Below, piece after piece: positions 19,893-33,390 of a stretch of DNA of 64,000 nucleotides. The stretch comes from Escherichia phage vb_EcoM-VR5: the sequence record NC_028881.1; one strand, written 5' to 3'. Each line of letters begins with the position of its first letter. Positions within the stretch are counted from its first letter, which is position 1. Under the pieces are notes generated by a model. The model had not been told where the DNA came from. It ran no database searches and saw only the letters and a list, made by a program, of their open reading frames with translations. The position numbers were made by a program, and so were the translations under genes.

Positions 19893-21703
19893 TGAAACAA
19901 GACTTAAAAGTAGGTTCCGCTGTTGATGACGGGTCCGGTGATTACCTGCGCGCAGGCGGTCTTAAAATTAATAATAACTTCAATGAACTTTATTACCAAT
20001 TAGGTGACGGGAATAATCCGCATGCCGCCGGCGCATGGAAACAACATTCTACTGAAGACGGTGCTTTGTTGAATGCTGTAATGGGTCATAGTTATACATT
20101 GAATACCCAAGGTGGACGTATCAACGTTCAACTTCCTAAAGGTTCTCCAGAAGAATATAACTTTGTTATTCGTGTACGTGACGTTTATTCTTCATGGCAA
20201 GCGAATCCTGTAACCTTAATCCCTGCTACAGGCGATACTATTAAGGGTTCGGCTACACAAGTAGAAATTGCTCGTAACTTCTCTGACCTTGAATTGGTTT
20301 ATTGTGCTCCTGGTCGTTGGGAATATGTTGAAAACAAGCAAGTAAACCGCATTCCAAATAACGACCTCGCTACTGTAGCAACTAAGCAGTTTATTGCTAC
20401 TGAAGGCCAAACAGATTTTTTAGATATTTTCCCAGGTCTTTCTTATAATGTAGCGAGTTTAAGTGTTTCACAACGTGGTAACAACCTGTTTTATGGTATT
20501 GACGATATTTTCGATGAAGCTACCGCAGAATTTGGTTCTCCTGGTGCTAATCCGGGTGAGTTGGTTCCGTTGAACGGTAAAGATATTAGATTAAAGTATC
20601 CTTGCGAAGCCGGTGACACTGTTATAATTAAATCATATAATGATGGGCTGGCACAGTGGCGTAGTTCTTATAACCGTCGTGATATAACAATAAAAAGTTC
20701 TGAATTAACAAAAGATGCTTCTATTCCTGGGTCTTCTTTCGTAGCGGATTTGAATACTTCACATGTAATATCTGCTGCTGATTTGAATATTTCTGTTAAT
20801 AGTCCTATCAACCCTAATGCTTGTCAAGTTATGTTGAATAGTACATTACTTCATCAAGCTGGGACTGCAGGTCTTCCTTCGTTTTATTGTGAAGGCGCAG
20901 ATGGTCGTACTGCTACAGAATGTTTTAACGCAGGTGGACAATGGACCCAATCTAAATCAGATTATATTTTTAATTTGACTCCTGAAGATAAAATTGAAGC
21001 TATTGAATTTGGACGTGACTTTGAACATGGCGATATCCTTACGGTAATTTGGTATAATAATGATATCGGCACTACTATGGAAATAGATGAAATTTTGGAT
21101 TACACCAACAACATCTATATTTCTAAGGGTCCTTCTATCGATATAACAGGACAAGTCCGTATTACTGATGTAGACAATCCTTTTGCACCAAACGTTGAAC
21201 CGGTAGCCTCATCTAATATTACAATAGATACTGCAGCGACATTTTTTGATTTAATCTATCCTGTAGGAACCATCTACGAGAACACGGTGAACCCTAATAA
21301 CCCTAAAACTTATATGGGCTTTGGTTCATGGAAGCGTTTATCTGATGTGTTCTTAGTTGGTTGGTCACCGGACGCTGGTTCTTTGTTTAATGCAAACAAC
21401 AACGATTTGGATTCTGCAGGTATTCCGCAGTCATCTGCTGGAGGTACCGGTGGTAATCATGTTGCTAACTTGAAATATGAGAATATCCCAGAACTTAATA
21501 CAGATGATAAAGTCCTTATTGCTGATAACGACGGCCCTATTTTTGTAGGTGGATGTTTAGTTGACCCTGATTCACAAGGACCTGCTTATACAAAATATCG
21601 TGAAGATAAAGCCAGTATTAATAAGGCTCAAGGAACCAGTCCTATTCCTGTTAATACATTACCACCATATTTAACCGTTCATCGTTGGATGAGGATTGCA
21701 TAA
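19892..21703 (+). CDS. 10: gp10 baseplate wedge protein
   Basis: 603 aa; T4 order. Confidence 0.9.
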   Translation: MKQDLKVGSAVDDGSGDYLRAGGLKINNNFNELYYQLGDGNNPHAAGAWKQHSTEDGALLNAVMGHSYTLNTQGGRINVQLPKGSPEEYNFVIRVRDVYSSWQANPVTLIPATGDTIKGSATQVEIARNFSDLELVYCAPGRWEYVENKQVNRIPNNDLATVATKQFIATEGQTDFLDIFPGLSYNVASLSVSQRGNNLFYGIDDIFDEATAEFGSPGANPGELVPLNGKDIRLKYPCEAGDTVIIKSYNDGLAQWRSSYNRRDITIKSSELTKDASIPGSSFVADLNTSHVISAADLNISVNSPINPNACQVMLNSTLLHQAGTAGLPSFYCEGADGRTATECFNAGGQWTQSKSDYIFNLTPEDKIEAIEFGRDFEHGDILTVIWYNNDIGTTMEIDEILDYTNNIYISKGPSIDITGQVRITDVDNPFAPNVEPVASSNITIDTAATFFDLIYPVGTIYENTVNPNNPKTYMGFGSWKRLSDVFLVGWSPDAGSLFNANNNDLDSAGIPQSSAGGTGGNHVANLKYENIPELNTDDKVLIADNDGPIFVGGCLVDPDSQGPAYTKYREDKASINKAQGTSPIPVNTLPPYLTVHRWMRIA

Positions 21704-22368
21704 TGACTTTAACTGAAATGAAAAGCGGGTTAAAATCCCGCTTAGCCGATTATTTAGAATTATCTTATACCAGTGATAAGCCTACTGCTGTCGCTGACCA
21801 ACGTCCTATTGGTGGTCCTTCTGCAAACCAAACACAGAAGGGTGTTTATTTTCCTACCGTTCAGAGTGCAATAGATGATATTGCATTCCGAGCAGAACTT
21901 CCTGTGAACTCTGTTATTATTACTACAGAAAACAGAGCACCTGGTTTTATCCAACAATCAGATAAAATTACCTTTACTGGTTCCATTTCTTCCGGTGGTG
22001 AACTTGGCGACCCGGTTATTATTAAAGTGTTTGGGCTTCCTGTAGAGGTCATTGTTGGCGATTCATCTGTGCTAGTCGCATCTAAAGTAAATGATGTGTT
22101 TTTAGATGCAATTGCTAATAGCTATATTTTGGCTGAAACTGCTATTGATGCCTTAGACCAATCTACCTTGAATATTAAATACAATGACTATCAGAACCAT
22201 ATTTTTTCACCATATAAACAATCGGGTTGTACAATTTCCCATACTATAGTCCAGCAGCCAAGGTCTGGATACGGTAAGTGGGAATACTTAGGTAACTCTA
22301 CCCAATCGTTAGCAGGTGGTACAGTTAACGGCACGATTCCTTTATATTACTATAAGAGATTATATTAA
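21703..22368 (+). CDS. 11: gp11 baseplate wedge / short tail fibre attachment protein
   Basis: ORF 21685..22368; start reassigned to ATGA overlap with the gp10 stop at 21703 (221 aa). Confidence 0.8.
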   Translation: MTLTEMKSGLKSRLADYLELSYTSDKPTAVADQRPIGGPSANQTQKGVYFPTVQSAIDDIAFRAELPVNSVIITTENRAPGFIQQSDKITFTGSISSGGELGDPVIIKVFGLPVEVIVGDSSVLVASKVNDVFLDAIANSYILAETAIDALDQSTLNIKYNDYQNHIFSPYKQSGCTISHTIVQQPRSGYGKWEYLGNSTQSLAGGTVNGTIPLYYYKRLY

Positions 22369-23894
22369 TGTCAACAAACACACTAAAACACATTAGTGAT
22401 AAATCGGAATTCAAATCATTCGACCCTACTGGGTCGAATTTCCCGCCTGATATTACTAATGTTCAAGAAGCATTGGCAACTATTTCATTAATCGGCGTCA
22501 CAGGTAATGTCCCTTCAGCCACAGAAACATCCCAAGGTATTATTCGTCTTGCCACAACACAAGAAGTAATGGATGGGTTGGATGCTTATAGTGCAGTGAC
22601 TCCGGCAACTTTAAAAGCACGTTTAGATATTCCTACTCAGGCAACAGAAACTTATGTAGGTATCACCCGTTATGCTACTAACGCTGAAGCTATAGCAGGC
22701 ACAGAGCCCCAGGCTGCAATCGTAGCAACCTCTTTGAAAGCGGTAATGGATTATACATTTGAGAACCGGTTATCAACAGAGAATGCTACAGGCGTTATCA
22801 AGATTTCAACTACACCTGCCGCATTAGCTGGTACAGATGATACCACAGCAATGTCCCCACTTAAAGTATCTCAAGCAATTGGTGCGGCCACAGCAGCGTT
22901 ACCGGTTTATTCTACGGCAACGACCACAAATGAAGGTTTAGTTCGTTTAGCAACAAACGGTGAAGTAGGTAATGGAAATCTTTCTGTCGGTATTGCTATT
23001 TCTCCTGCTGGCTTGGCCACATTAACTTCTACCGAATCACGAAGTGGGATTATTAAACTTGCCGGTTGGGATTTAGTGTCAAATGGTACTGACCATACTG
23101 CCGCTGTTACTCCGGCATCTTTGCTAGCTCGTACAGGTAATACAGGACGAATTGGGTTGGTGCGTTTAACTACTACAGTAGGTCAAGGTGACGGTAATAC
23201 TGCCTTAGCTTATAACGCTAACGTTATTTCTACTTCAGGTGGTGATATTTGGGGAACATTAAACGTTAACGGAGCCTTACGTCGTAATGGTGTTGATGTT
23301 GTTACACATGACCAATTATCAGATAGTGTTCCTGTTGGTACTATTTGTATGTGGGGTGGAAATGAAGGTAATATCCCAGGTAAATGGCGAGCTTGTGTAG
23401 GTGGGACTTATACTGGTGGTGCATATTTAAATGCTGTTGGTGGGCGTTGGGGATGGTGGGGTGCTATTCCGGATTTCCGTGGATTATATCCTCGCGGCGC
23501 TAACATGGTTGGTGGATATTCTGAAGGTGAAGTAAACCCACATATTGCAGGCAATCGTGGTGAAGACGGTAAAGGCAAAGCCCGTTTAGGTAACGGTGTA
23601 GGTTCGTTCCCACAATCTTCAGTCCAGGCACAAGCATTAAGATATCATAAACACGCAGGTGGATTTGGCGAACACGATAACGCAGGCGCTTTTGGTAATA
23701 CTGCAAACCAAGGTTATGCAGGTACTCGTAAAGGCCTTGATTGGGACAACCGCAGTTATTATACCAACGAAGGTTTTGAGACAGTTGATGCATGGCAACG
23801 TGACGGTTATACCACACTGAACAGTGAAGGTCTTATTGCCAATGAAACACGTCCATGGACAATGTCCGTTCTTTTTATTATTAAAGTAGAATAA
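22368..23894 (+). CDS. 12: gp12 short tail fibre
   Basis: 508 aa; conserved C-terminal YHKHAGGFGEHDN...TRKGLDWDNRSY receptor-binding region. Confidence 0.9.
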   Translation: MSTNTLKHISDKSEFKSFDPTGSNFPPDITNVQEALATISLIGVTGNVPSATETSQGIIRLATTQEVMDGLDAYSAVTPATLKARLDIPTQATETYVGITRYATNAEAIAGTEPQAAIVATSLKAVMDYTFENRLSTENATGVIKISTTPAALAGTDDTTAMSPLKVSQAIGAATAALPVYSTATTTNEGLVRLATNGEVGNGNLSVGIAISPAGLATLTSTESRSGIIKLAGWDLVSNGTDHTAAVTPASLLARTGNTGRIGLVRLTTTVGQGDGNTALAYNANVISTSGGDIWGTLNVNGALRRNGVDVVTHDQLSDSVPVGTICMWGGNEGNIPGKWRACVGGTYTGGAYLNAVGGRWGWWGAIPDFRGLYPRGANMVGGYSEGEVNPHIAGNRGEDGKGKARLGNGVGSFPQSSVQAQALRYHKHAGGFGEHDNAGAFGNTANQGYAGTRKGLDWDNRSYYTNEGFETVDAWQRDGYTTLNSEGLIANETRPWTMSVLFIIKVE

Positions 23895-23903
23895 GGGTAA
23901 AAA

Positions 23904-26210
23904 ATGATTAACAAATTGGAACTTAGTGAGTTACCATTTGTTGACGGCGTACCTGAAGCTCCTCAAAAGCGTATCCAATGGATACGCGAGGGTGATTGTA
24001 TGTCTGCAGCAAAAACAAAATACGGCAATGAAGGTAATTTGAACGCTGCTGCTTTAGGAGTTCAGAAAAACGTAGAAGCTCTTGATGCCAACGATTTAAA
24101 AACTGCTGATAAAGTTAATGAGCTTATAGAAAACGTTAATATTATCAATGATGCTTTAGAAGTGTCTACAGATATTTCGGTTATCCAACAAATTGAGAAA
24201 AACCGTGTTGATATTGTAAACCTTAAAAAAGTCACTGAAGATACAACAGAAAAATTGGACACTTTAACAACCAATTTTGATTTCTTGCGTGAAGATGTTG
24301 GATATCATGACCCTTTACAAGATGGTCCATATTTAACCGTACGTGAAAATATCGTTCTTCTTAAAAATGAAATTGGCCACTATGAAAACCAGGATATAAA
24401 CGGTAATCCTTTACCCCCTGGTGAAACTAATGAAGCCACTGGTATTAAACGCCGCATCATGGATAATACCACTGAATTGGTCGACCATCGCCTTCGTATT
24501 GATACTCTTGAAAGGAATTATGAAGATTCTGATGTAGGGCAATTAGGTATTAAACTAAATGAAATTCGTTCGGAACTAGGCCCTCATTCCGATACGGTAG
24601 GTAAACAACCTGCTTATACCCGAATTTCAGTATTAGAAACGGCTGCAGTTAATTTTAATACGGCTATTGACGAAATTAAGGATAATATTGATTTCTCCGG
24701 CATGCCTATAAAGGACCGAGTAACTACTTTAGAAAGCAAAACTCTTACCTTAGAAAATTCGGTTAACGTTGATTTAAAACCTAGAGTAACTTCTATAGAA
24801 ACTCAAATCGGGTCCGAGGCCACACCTGCATCTATTAACGGACGTTTAAGCGGACTTCGTACTGATGTAAATGATTTAAAAACCATTGTAGGTAATAGTT
24901 CTAGTGAAGGGCTTCGTTTCCAGGTTTCCGATATTAATCGACGCCTTGGTAGTGAAGTGTCTCCTGCTGCCGGGACGCTTAATAAGCGTTTGAATGATGT
25001 TATTATTCAAGCAAACCAATCCACCTCGTCTATCCAGGATATTCAGGTAGAAATTGGTAACAACCAATCCGGTATAAAAGGTACTTTGCTTAAGCTCACA
25101 AATAAGGTTGACGGGACGAACCCTAACGGAGCTACTGTAGAAGAACGTGGTCTTATTAATGCGGTTACTTCTTTAGAAACTCAAATGCAAGGTAAATTAG
25201 GGGACGCACCTTCTGATGGTAAACTCTATGCACGTCGAAATGCGGCATGGGCTGAAGTTGTTAATAACTCCATGGAAATAGAATCTGTTAAGGCCGATTT
25301 AGTTGTTACCAATGGTAAAGTGACCACTTTAACTTCTAGAGTCGATGGTAATGATACCTCAATTTCTTCTCTTGATACTCGCACCGGTGCTTTAAACACC
25401 TCGGTAGGAGAAATTAAAGCCGATATTGTTTTGTTAAAATCTAAAGATACAGATCAGGATAATCGTATTACTGCTTTGGAAGAAAGTGACGTAACAATTA
25501 ATGGCAAAATAACGGCATTAGAAACCAAGACAGATACCACAGATTCTGACGTTACTGCTTTGGCTTTAGATGTGAGTTCTATAGAATCGCAATTAATTCC
25601 TATTAAAGCTGATATAACCAAGAATAAAGGTGATATCGTTACTTTAACCGGGCGAGTAGCAGCCAACGAAGGTGAAATTACTGATATTAAATTAGATACC
25701 GCTAAAATAGCTCCTTTGACTACTAGAGTTACTACCGCTGAAGGTAAAATTTCTACTCTTGAAACAGGTTTAGCCGCAGTTAAAGTTGAATCGGATAAAG
25801 TTGCAGGAATTGATACTCGCCTTGGCACTGCAGAAGGTGACATCGGAACACTTAAAACAGGTTTAGCTGCTGTTAAAGTCGAATCAGATAAAGTAGCGGC
25901 TATAGATACCCGTTTGGGTGTTGTTGAAGTTGAATCAGGTAAAGTAGCAGGAATCGATACCCGTTTAGCCACTGTTGAAGGTGAAGTTAGTACTCTTGAA
26001 ACAGGTTTAGCTGCTGTTAAAGTCGAATCAGATAAAGTTTCAGGAATTGATACTCGTTTATCTGCAGCCGAAGCTAAAATCACTGCACTAGAAACTGAAC
26101 TAGGTAAACGTCCACCGGTGGCTCCTGCTGCAGACGGACTTCCGTATGTTCTGGTTGATAATGCATGGGTGCTATTGTCAGATTTTGTGACTTTAAACCC
26201 GGCACCATAA
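23904..26210 (+). CDS. wac: Fibritin (wac) neck whiskers, expanded coiled-coil with tandem repeats and C-terminal foldon
   Basis: 768 aa; about 3.5 tandem repeats of a ~33 aa unit (LETGLAAVKVESDKVAGIDTRL) at 25740-26060; C-terminal ...PYVLVDNAWVLLSDF foldon-like. Confidence 0.85.
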   Translation: MINKLELSELPFVDGVPEAPQKRIQWIREGDCMSAAKTKYGNEGNLNAAALGVQKNVEALDANDLKTADKVNELIENVNIINDALEVSTDISVIQQIEKNRVDIVNLKKVTEDTTEKLDTLTTNFDFLREDVGYHDPLQDGPYLTVRENIVLLKNEIGHYENQDINGNPLPPGETNEATGIKRRIMDNTTELVDHRLRIDTLERNYEDSDVGQLGIKLNEIRSELGPHSDTVGKQPAYTRISVLETAAVNFNTAIDEIKDNIDFSGMPIKDRVTTLESKTLTLENSVNVDLKPRVTSIETQIGSEATPASINGRLSGLRTDVNDLKTIVGNSSSEGLRFQVSDINRRLGSEVSPAAGTLNKRLNDVIIQANQSTSSIQDIQVEIGNNQSGIKGTLLKLTNKVDGTNPNGATVEERGLINAVTSLETQMQGKLGDAPSDGKLYARRNAAWAEVVNNSMEIESVKADLVVTNGKVTTLTSRVDGNDTSISSLDTRTGALNTSVGEIKADIVLLKSKDTDQDNRITALEESDVTINGKITALETKTDTTDSDVTALALDVSSIESQLIPIKADITKNKGDIVTLTGRVAANEGEITDIKLDTAKIAPLTTRVTTAEGKISTLETGLAAVKVESDKVAGIDTRLGTAEGDIGTLKTGLAAVKVESDKVAAIDTRLGVVEVESGKVAGIDTRLATVEGEVSTLETGLAAVKVESDKVSGIDTRLSAAEAKITALETELGKRPPVAPAADGLPYVLVDNAWVLLSDFVTLNPAP

Positions 26211-26212
26211 TA

Positions 26213-26243
26213 AAAGGGCTTCGGCCCTTTTTTGCTATAAATA
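26213..26243 (+). promoter_or_regulatory. Terminator hairpin (26213-26234) followed by late promoter TATAAATA (26236-26243) for gene 13
   Basis: AAAGGGC-TTCG-GCCCTTTTTT then TATAAATA. Confidence 0.65.
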
Positions 26244-26264
26244 CGGTTATTAGAGGAATAAAAC

Positions 26265-27200
26265 ATGGCAAGTGAATCGTATAACCCTAAACAACTCAAG
26301 GACGCAATCTTACGTCGCCTGGGTGCGCCAATAACAAATATTGAAGTAACTACTGACCAAGTATATGATTGTATCCAGAGGGCTCTAGAGCTCTACGGTG
26401 AGTATCATTACAATGGCTACAATAAAGGCTATCAGGCTTTTTATATTGGCCATGATGACGAAGAAAAATTTCGAAACGGGGTATTTGACCTTAAAGGACG
26501 TAATATATTTGCGGTGACACAAATTTTAAGAACTAATGTCGGTTCTTTAACATCTATGGACGGGCAAGCAACTTATCCATGGTTTACCGACTTTGTATTA
26601 GGTTTGGCAGGTATTAATGGAGGTCTCGGGTCTTCATGTAATAGTTTCGGCCCTAATGCCTTTGGTGCAGACCTTGGATATTTTACCCAATTGATGCAGT
26701 ATCGTTCTATGATGCAAGACCTTTTAGTTCCACTACCAGATTATTGGTATAACGATGCCACAGAACAATTAAAAGTAATGGGTAACTTTGTTAAAGGCGA
26801 TTTTATCGTAATTGAAGTTTATACTCGCTCTTTTAACGGAGTTGATTCCATGGTAGGAAATACCGCAGGGTACGGCTATGCTTCCGGTGGCTGTGATGAA
26901 AACGAATGGAGTCCAGGGGCTATTTGGGACAATCCTGCACGTCGAATTTCAGGCATGAGAGCTGGCGAGGACCTTGGTCTACAAGACGGTGCATATAACA
27001 ACCGTTGGGTTAAAGATTACGCTACTGCATTAGTTAAAGAAGTCAATGGCAATATTCTAGCCAAACACCAGGGTATGCAATTGGCAGGTGGAACCACTGT
27101 AGATGGTATCCGATTAATTGAAGAAGCTCGTTTAGAAAAAGAACGTCTTCGCGAAGAATTAGATTTGCTCGACCCACCAACACCTATTTTAATTGGATAA
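26265..27200 (+). CDS. 13: gp13 neck protein
   Basis: 311 aa; T4 order. Confidence 0.85.
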   Translation: MASESYNPKQLKDAILRRLGAPITNIEVTTDQVYDCIQRALELYGEYHYNGYNKGYQAFYIGHDDEEKFRNGVFDLKGRNIFAVTQILRTNVGSLTSMDGQATYPWFTDFVLGLAGINGGLGSSCNSFGPNAFGADLGYFTQLMQYRSMMQDLLVPLPDYWYNDATEQLKVMGNFVKGDFIVIEVYTRSFNGVDSMVGNTAGYGYASGGCDENEWSPGAIWDNPARRISGMRAGEDLGLQDGAYNNRWVKDYATALVKEVNGNILAKHQGMQLAGGTTVDGIRLIEEARLEKERLREELDLLDPPTPILIG

Positions 27201-27202
27201 TT

Positions 27203-27976
27203 ATGGCTACTTTCGATTCGAGTTTATTCGCTAAGCTAGAAAATAATACTGGCTATGCCACTACGAACGAAACTGAAATAATGAACCCTTTCGTCAACTT
27301 TTATCGCCATGAGAACACCCAAACATTGGCTGATGCTTTAGTTGCTGAGTCTATTCAAATGCGTGGTATCGAGCTTTATTATATACCACGTGAATATGTT
27401 AAACCCGACCAGCTATTTGGCGAAGACCTTCAGAATAAATTTACTAAGGCCTGGAAGTTTGCGGGTTATTTGGATTCCTTTGAAGGTTATTCTGGTGACA
27501 ATACTTATTTCAGTAAGTTTGGTATGATGGTTAATGATGAAGTAACAATCACAATTAACCCTAACCTTTTTAAACATCAATGCAATGGTACTGAACCAGC
27601 TTCAGGCGATTTGATTTATTTCCCTATGGATAATAGTCTATTCGAAATTAACTGGGTTCAACCTTACGACCCGTTCTATCAAGTTGGTACAAACGTCCAG
27701 CGTCGTATTACTGCTACCAAGTTCATTTATAATGGCGAAGAACTTCGTCCTGAATTACAGAGAAATGAAGGTATTAATATTCCTGAATTCAGTGAGCTTG
27801 ATTTAATGCCTGTTAAGAATATTGATGGGTTGGCTGATATCTCAGATATCCAATATGAAGAGGTTAATGAGATTAATGCTGAAGCGGCGGAATTCGTACA
27901 CCCTTATGTGGTGATTAATGGTAGAGGAGCATCTTCTCCTCCTACAGCATTTGATGATGCTTTTTTAGATGATTAA
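27203..27976 (+). CDS. 14: gp14 neck protein
   Basis: 257 aa; T4 order. Confidence 0.85.
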   Translation: MATFDSSLFAKLENNTGYATTNETEIMNPFVNFYRHENTQTLADALVAESIQMRGIELYYIPREYVKPDQLFGEDLQNKFTKAWKFAGYLDSFEGYSGDNTYFSKFGMMVNDEVTITINPNLFKHQCNGTEPASGDLIYFPMDNSLFEINWVQPYDPFYQVGTNVQRRITATKFIYNGEELRPELQRNEGINIPEFSELDLMPVKNIDGLADISDIQYEEVNEINAEAAEFVHPYVVINGRGASSPPTAFDDAFLDD

Positions 27977-27983
27977 ATAATAC

Positions 27984-28002
27984 ATGGCGCGTGGTGCGCC
28001 AT
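27984..28002 (+). terminator. Stem-loop between genes 14 and 15 (attenuator or terminator)
   Basis: ATGGCGC-GTGGT-GCGCCAT hairpin followed by TTT and AGGAGG. Confidence 0.4.
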
Positions 28003-28015
28003 TTTAGGAGGTTTG

Positions 28016-28878
28016 ATGTTTGGACATTGGTATAATAGTTCGCTACGTCGCTATATTGTTTTGATGGGTGATTTATTTTCCCATGTTCAAGTAGCGCGTC
28101 AAAGAGAAGACACAGGGCTTAAATTTATTAAAGTTCCTATTACTTATGCTTCTAAAGAAAGATTTATGGCTAATTTAGGTAAGTGGACGGCAGTTCAAAA
28201 TATCCCAAACCCTAATATGTCTCCTAAAGAAAGGGCTGAACAAAAAGCTAAAGTGGAAACTGTTCTTCCACGTATGAACCTTCAAATGGTTGACATGCTT
28301 TATAACTCACAATACAAAACAGCCCTTCAAAATAGAACACAAATACAATTTGAGAATGGGGACCCGCGAAAACGAGTCAGCCAATATTCTCCTACTCCAG
28401 TAAAAATGATTTTTGAATTAGGCATTTACACTAGAACTCAAGATGATATGTTCCAAATTGTGGAACAAATTATGCCGTATTTCCAACCTCACTTTAATAC
28501 AACAATTACCGAACTCTATACAAACGAAATTAAATTTGACCGTGATATTCGTATTGTATTTCAATCTATAGCAATGGATGAGCAATTAGAAGGTGATACC
28601 AGTTCGCGTCGTCGCTTGGAATGGTCTATGATGTTTGAGGTTAACGGATGGCTGTATCCTCCTGTTAAAGAAATGGAAGGCGAAATCAAAACCATTTATC
28701 TTGATTTCTTTGCCAACTCTAAAGAACTCGCTCCTGAAGGTAATTTTGAATCTGTTGATAGTGAAGTGGTTCCTAGAGGCGTAGAAGAAAAAGAATGGGA
28801 TGGTAAATCCATTCAAACATATTCACAAGATATTCCGGTGCCTGTTGAACCAGAACCTCCAGCACCAAGGAGAAACTC

Positions 28879-28882
<4 letters not shown>
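28016..28882 (+). CDS. 15: gp15 tail sheath stabiliser / tail completion protein
   Basis: ORF track starts at TTG 28013; the ATG is at 28016 with AGGAGG upstream. Confidence 0.85.
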
Positions 28883-31192
<2,310 letters not shown>

Positions 31193-31221
31193 ACAATAAA
31201 GCATAACCAAGAGGATTCAAA

Positions 31222-33204
31222 ATGGCTTTATTATCACCGGGCATTGAGCTCAAAGAAACGTCCGTACAGAGTACTGTCGTTCGTAACGCAACGGGTCGTG
31301 CAGCGCTGGTTGGTAAATTCCAGTGGGGCCCTGCTTTCCAGGTAACTCAGATTACTAATGAAGTTGAACTGGTCGACTTATTTGGTGGCCCTAATAACGA
31401 AGTAGCAGATTACTTTATGTCTGGTATGAACTTCCTCCAGTATGGTAATGACCTTCGTACGGTTCGTGTTGTTAGTCGCGACCACGCTAAAAACGCATCA
31501 CCAGTTGCAGGTAACATTGAGACCACTATTACTACGGCAGGTTCCAACTATGCAGTAGGCGATAAAATCAATATTAAATATAACCAAACTGTTGTCGAAT
31601 CTGAAGGTCGTGTGACTTCCGTAGATACAGATGGTAAAATTCTTTCTGTGTTTATTCCATCAGCAAAAATTATTGCTTATGCCCGTTCTTTAAACCAGTA
31701 TCCTACCCTAGGCCCGGCATGGACCGCTGAAGTTACTTCTGCTTCTTCTGGTGTGTCTGGTACTATTACTGTTGGTAAAATCGTAACCGATTCCGGTATT
31801 CTTTTGACCGAAGCCGAGAATAGTGAAGAAGCTATTACTTCTCTTGAATTCCAAGCGGCCCTTAAGAAATTTGCTATGCCAGGCGTCGTGGCTCTTTATC
31901 CGGGTGAAATTGGTTCTACTCTGGAAGTTGAAATTGTTTCTAAAGCAGCTTATGATGCTGGTTCTTCTAAAATGTTGGATATTTATCCAAATGGCGGCAC
32001 TCGTGCTTCTATTGCCAAGGCGGTATTTAATTACGGTCCACAAACAGATGACCAATATGCTATTATTGTTAGACGCGATGGTGCTATCGTAGAATCTGTC
32101 GTACTTTCTACCAAAGAAGGTGAAAAAGACGTTTACGGTAATAACATTTATCTTGATGATTATTTCGCTAAAGGTACTTCTAACTATATTTTTGCTACCT
32201 CTTTGAATTGGCCTAAAGGCTTTAGTGGTATCATCAATCTTATGGGTGGTGTATCTGCGAACGATCAAGTTACTGCCGGTGATTTGATGCAGGGTTGGGA
32301 TTTGTTTGCTGATCGCGAAGCATTACACATTAACCTGCTTATTGCTGGTGCTGTTGCAGGTGAAGGTGATGAAGTAGCTTCTACTGTTCAGAAACATGTT
32401 GTGAGCATTGCTGATGAACGCCAGGATTGCTTAGCATTTATTTCTCCTCCTAAAGGACTGTTGGTTAACGTTCCACTGACTCGTGCAGTAGATAACCTTA
32501 TTGACTGGCGTACAGGTGGCGGCACATTCGATACTAACAACATGAACATCAGTACTACTTATGCTGCTATTGACGGTAACTATAAATATCAGTATGACAA
32601 ATATAACGACGTAAACCGTTGGGTACCACTGGCCGCCGATATGGCAGGTTTGTGTGCTCGTACCGATGATGTGGCTCAACCTTGGATGTCTCCTGCCGGT
32701 TATAACCGTGGTCAGATTCTTAACGTTCTGAAATTGGCAATTGAACCGCGTCAAGCACAACGTGACCGCATGTACCAGGAAGCTATTAACCCGGTTGTTG
32801 GTTTTGCTGGCGGTGATGGTTTCGTATTGTTTGGTGATAAGACTGCAACTAAAGTTCCATCTCCGATGGACCATATTAACGTTCGCCGTCTGTTCAACAT
32901 GCTTAAGAAAAATATTGGTGATGCCTCTAAATATAAACTGTTTGAGTTGAACGATAACTTCACTCGTTCAAGCTTCCGTATGGAAGTTTCTCAGTACTTA
33001 GATGGTATTAAGGCACTTGGTGGGATTTATGAAGGACGTGTGGTTTGTGATACTACAGTGAACACCCCTGCGGTTATTGACCGTAACGAGTTTATTGCTA
33101 ATATCTATGTTAAGCCTGCTCGTTCTATTAACTACATCACGTTGAACTTCGTTGCAACGAGTACTGGTGCTGATTTTGATGAATTGATTGGACCGCTAGT
33201 ATAA
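31222..33204 (+). CDS. 18: gp18 contractile tail sheath protein
   Basis: 660 aa; T4 order. Confidence 0.95.
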   Translation: MALLSPGIELKETSVQSTVVRNATGRAALVGKFQWGPAFQVTQITNEVELVDLFGGPNNEVADYFMSGMNFLQYGNDLRTVRVVSRDHAKNASPVAGNIETTITTAGSNYAVGDKINIKYNQTVVESEGRVTSVDTDGKILSVFIPSAKIIAYARSLNQYPTLGPAWTAEVTSASSGVSGTITVGKIVTDSGILLTEAENSEEAITSLEFQAALKKFAMPGVVALYPGEIGSTLEVEIVSKAAYDAGSSKMLDIYPNGGTRASIAKAVFNYGPQTDDQYAIIVRRDGAIVESVVLSTKEGEKDVYGNNIYLDDYFAKGTSNYIFATSLNWPKGFSGIINLMGGVSANDQVTAGDLMQGWDLFADREALHINLLIAGAVAGEGDEVASTVQKHVVSIADERQDCLAFISPPKGLLVNVPLTRAVDNLIDWRTGGGTFDTNNMNISTTYAAIDGNYKYQYDKYNDVNRWVPLAADMAGLCARTDDVAQPWMSPAGYNRGQILNVLKLAIEPRQAQRDRMYQEAINPVVGFAGGDGFVLFGDKTATKVPSPMDHINVRRLFNMLKKNIGDASKYKLFELNDNFTRSSFRMEVSQYLDGIKALGGIYEGRVVCDTTVNTPAVIDRNEFIANIYVKPARSINYITLNFVATSTGADFDELIGPLV

Positions 33205-33210
33205 TCTATT

Positions 33211-33296
33211 ATCCCAGGCTGTAATATAAAGGACCTAAAACCATTATACCATGTGTTTGGTTACAGCGTATATCACGCAGGAATTGCGCCTGGGAT
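33211..33296 (+). promoter_or_regulatory. Structured inverted-repeat element containing the motif GGACCTAAAACCATTATACC, in the gene 19 leader
   Basis: Outer stem ATCCCAGGC/GCCTGGGAT plus nested stem GCTGTAA/TTACAGC; motif repeated at 8331-8356 (minus strand) and 43358-43380. Confidence 0.4.
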
Positions 33297-33330
33297 TGAT
33301 TAACTATCAGGAATATGATTTATCAACTGT

Positions 33331-33338
33331 TATAAATA
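33331..33338 (+). promoter_or_regulatory. Late promoter TATAAATA for gene 19
   Basis: Exact octamer upstream of gp19; followed by hairpin GTTCCTGG-TGT-GGCCAGGAAC (33350-33370) next to the ribosome-binding site. Confidence 0.6.
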
Positions 33339-33390
33339 AATTAATCAGAACGTTCCTGGTGTGGCCAGGAACTGACTTATGAGGCATCCC

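Noticed and set aside
25454-26299. 281 aa minus-strand ORF with a repetitive Ser/Thr/Ala-rich translation
   Set aside because: It is the antisense reading of the fibritin tandem repeats, not an independent gene
31708-32874. Minus-strand ORFs (186 aa and 147 aa) inside gp18
   Set aside because: Antisense to the tail sheath gene with no expression signals; spurious
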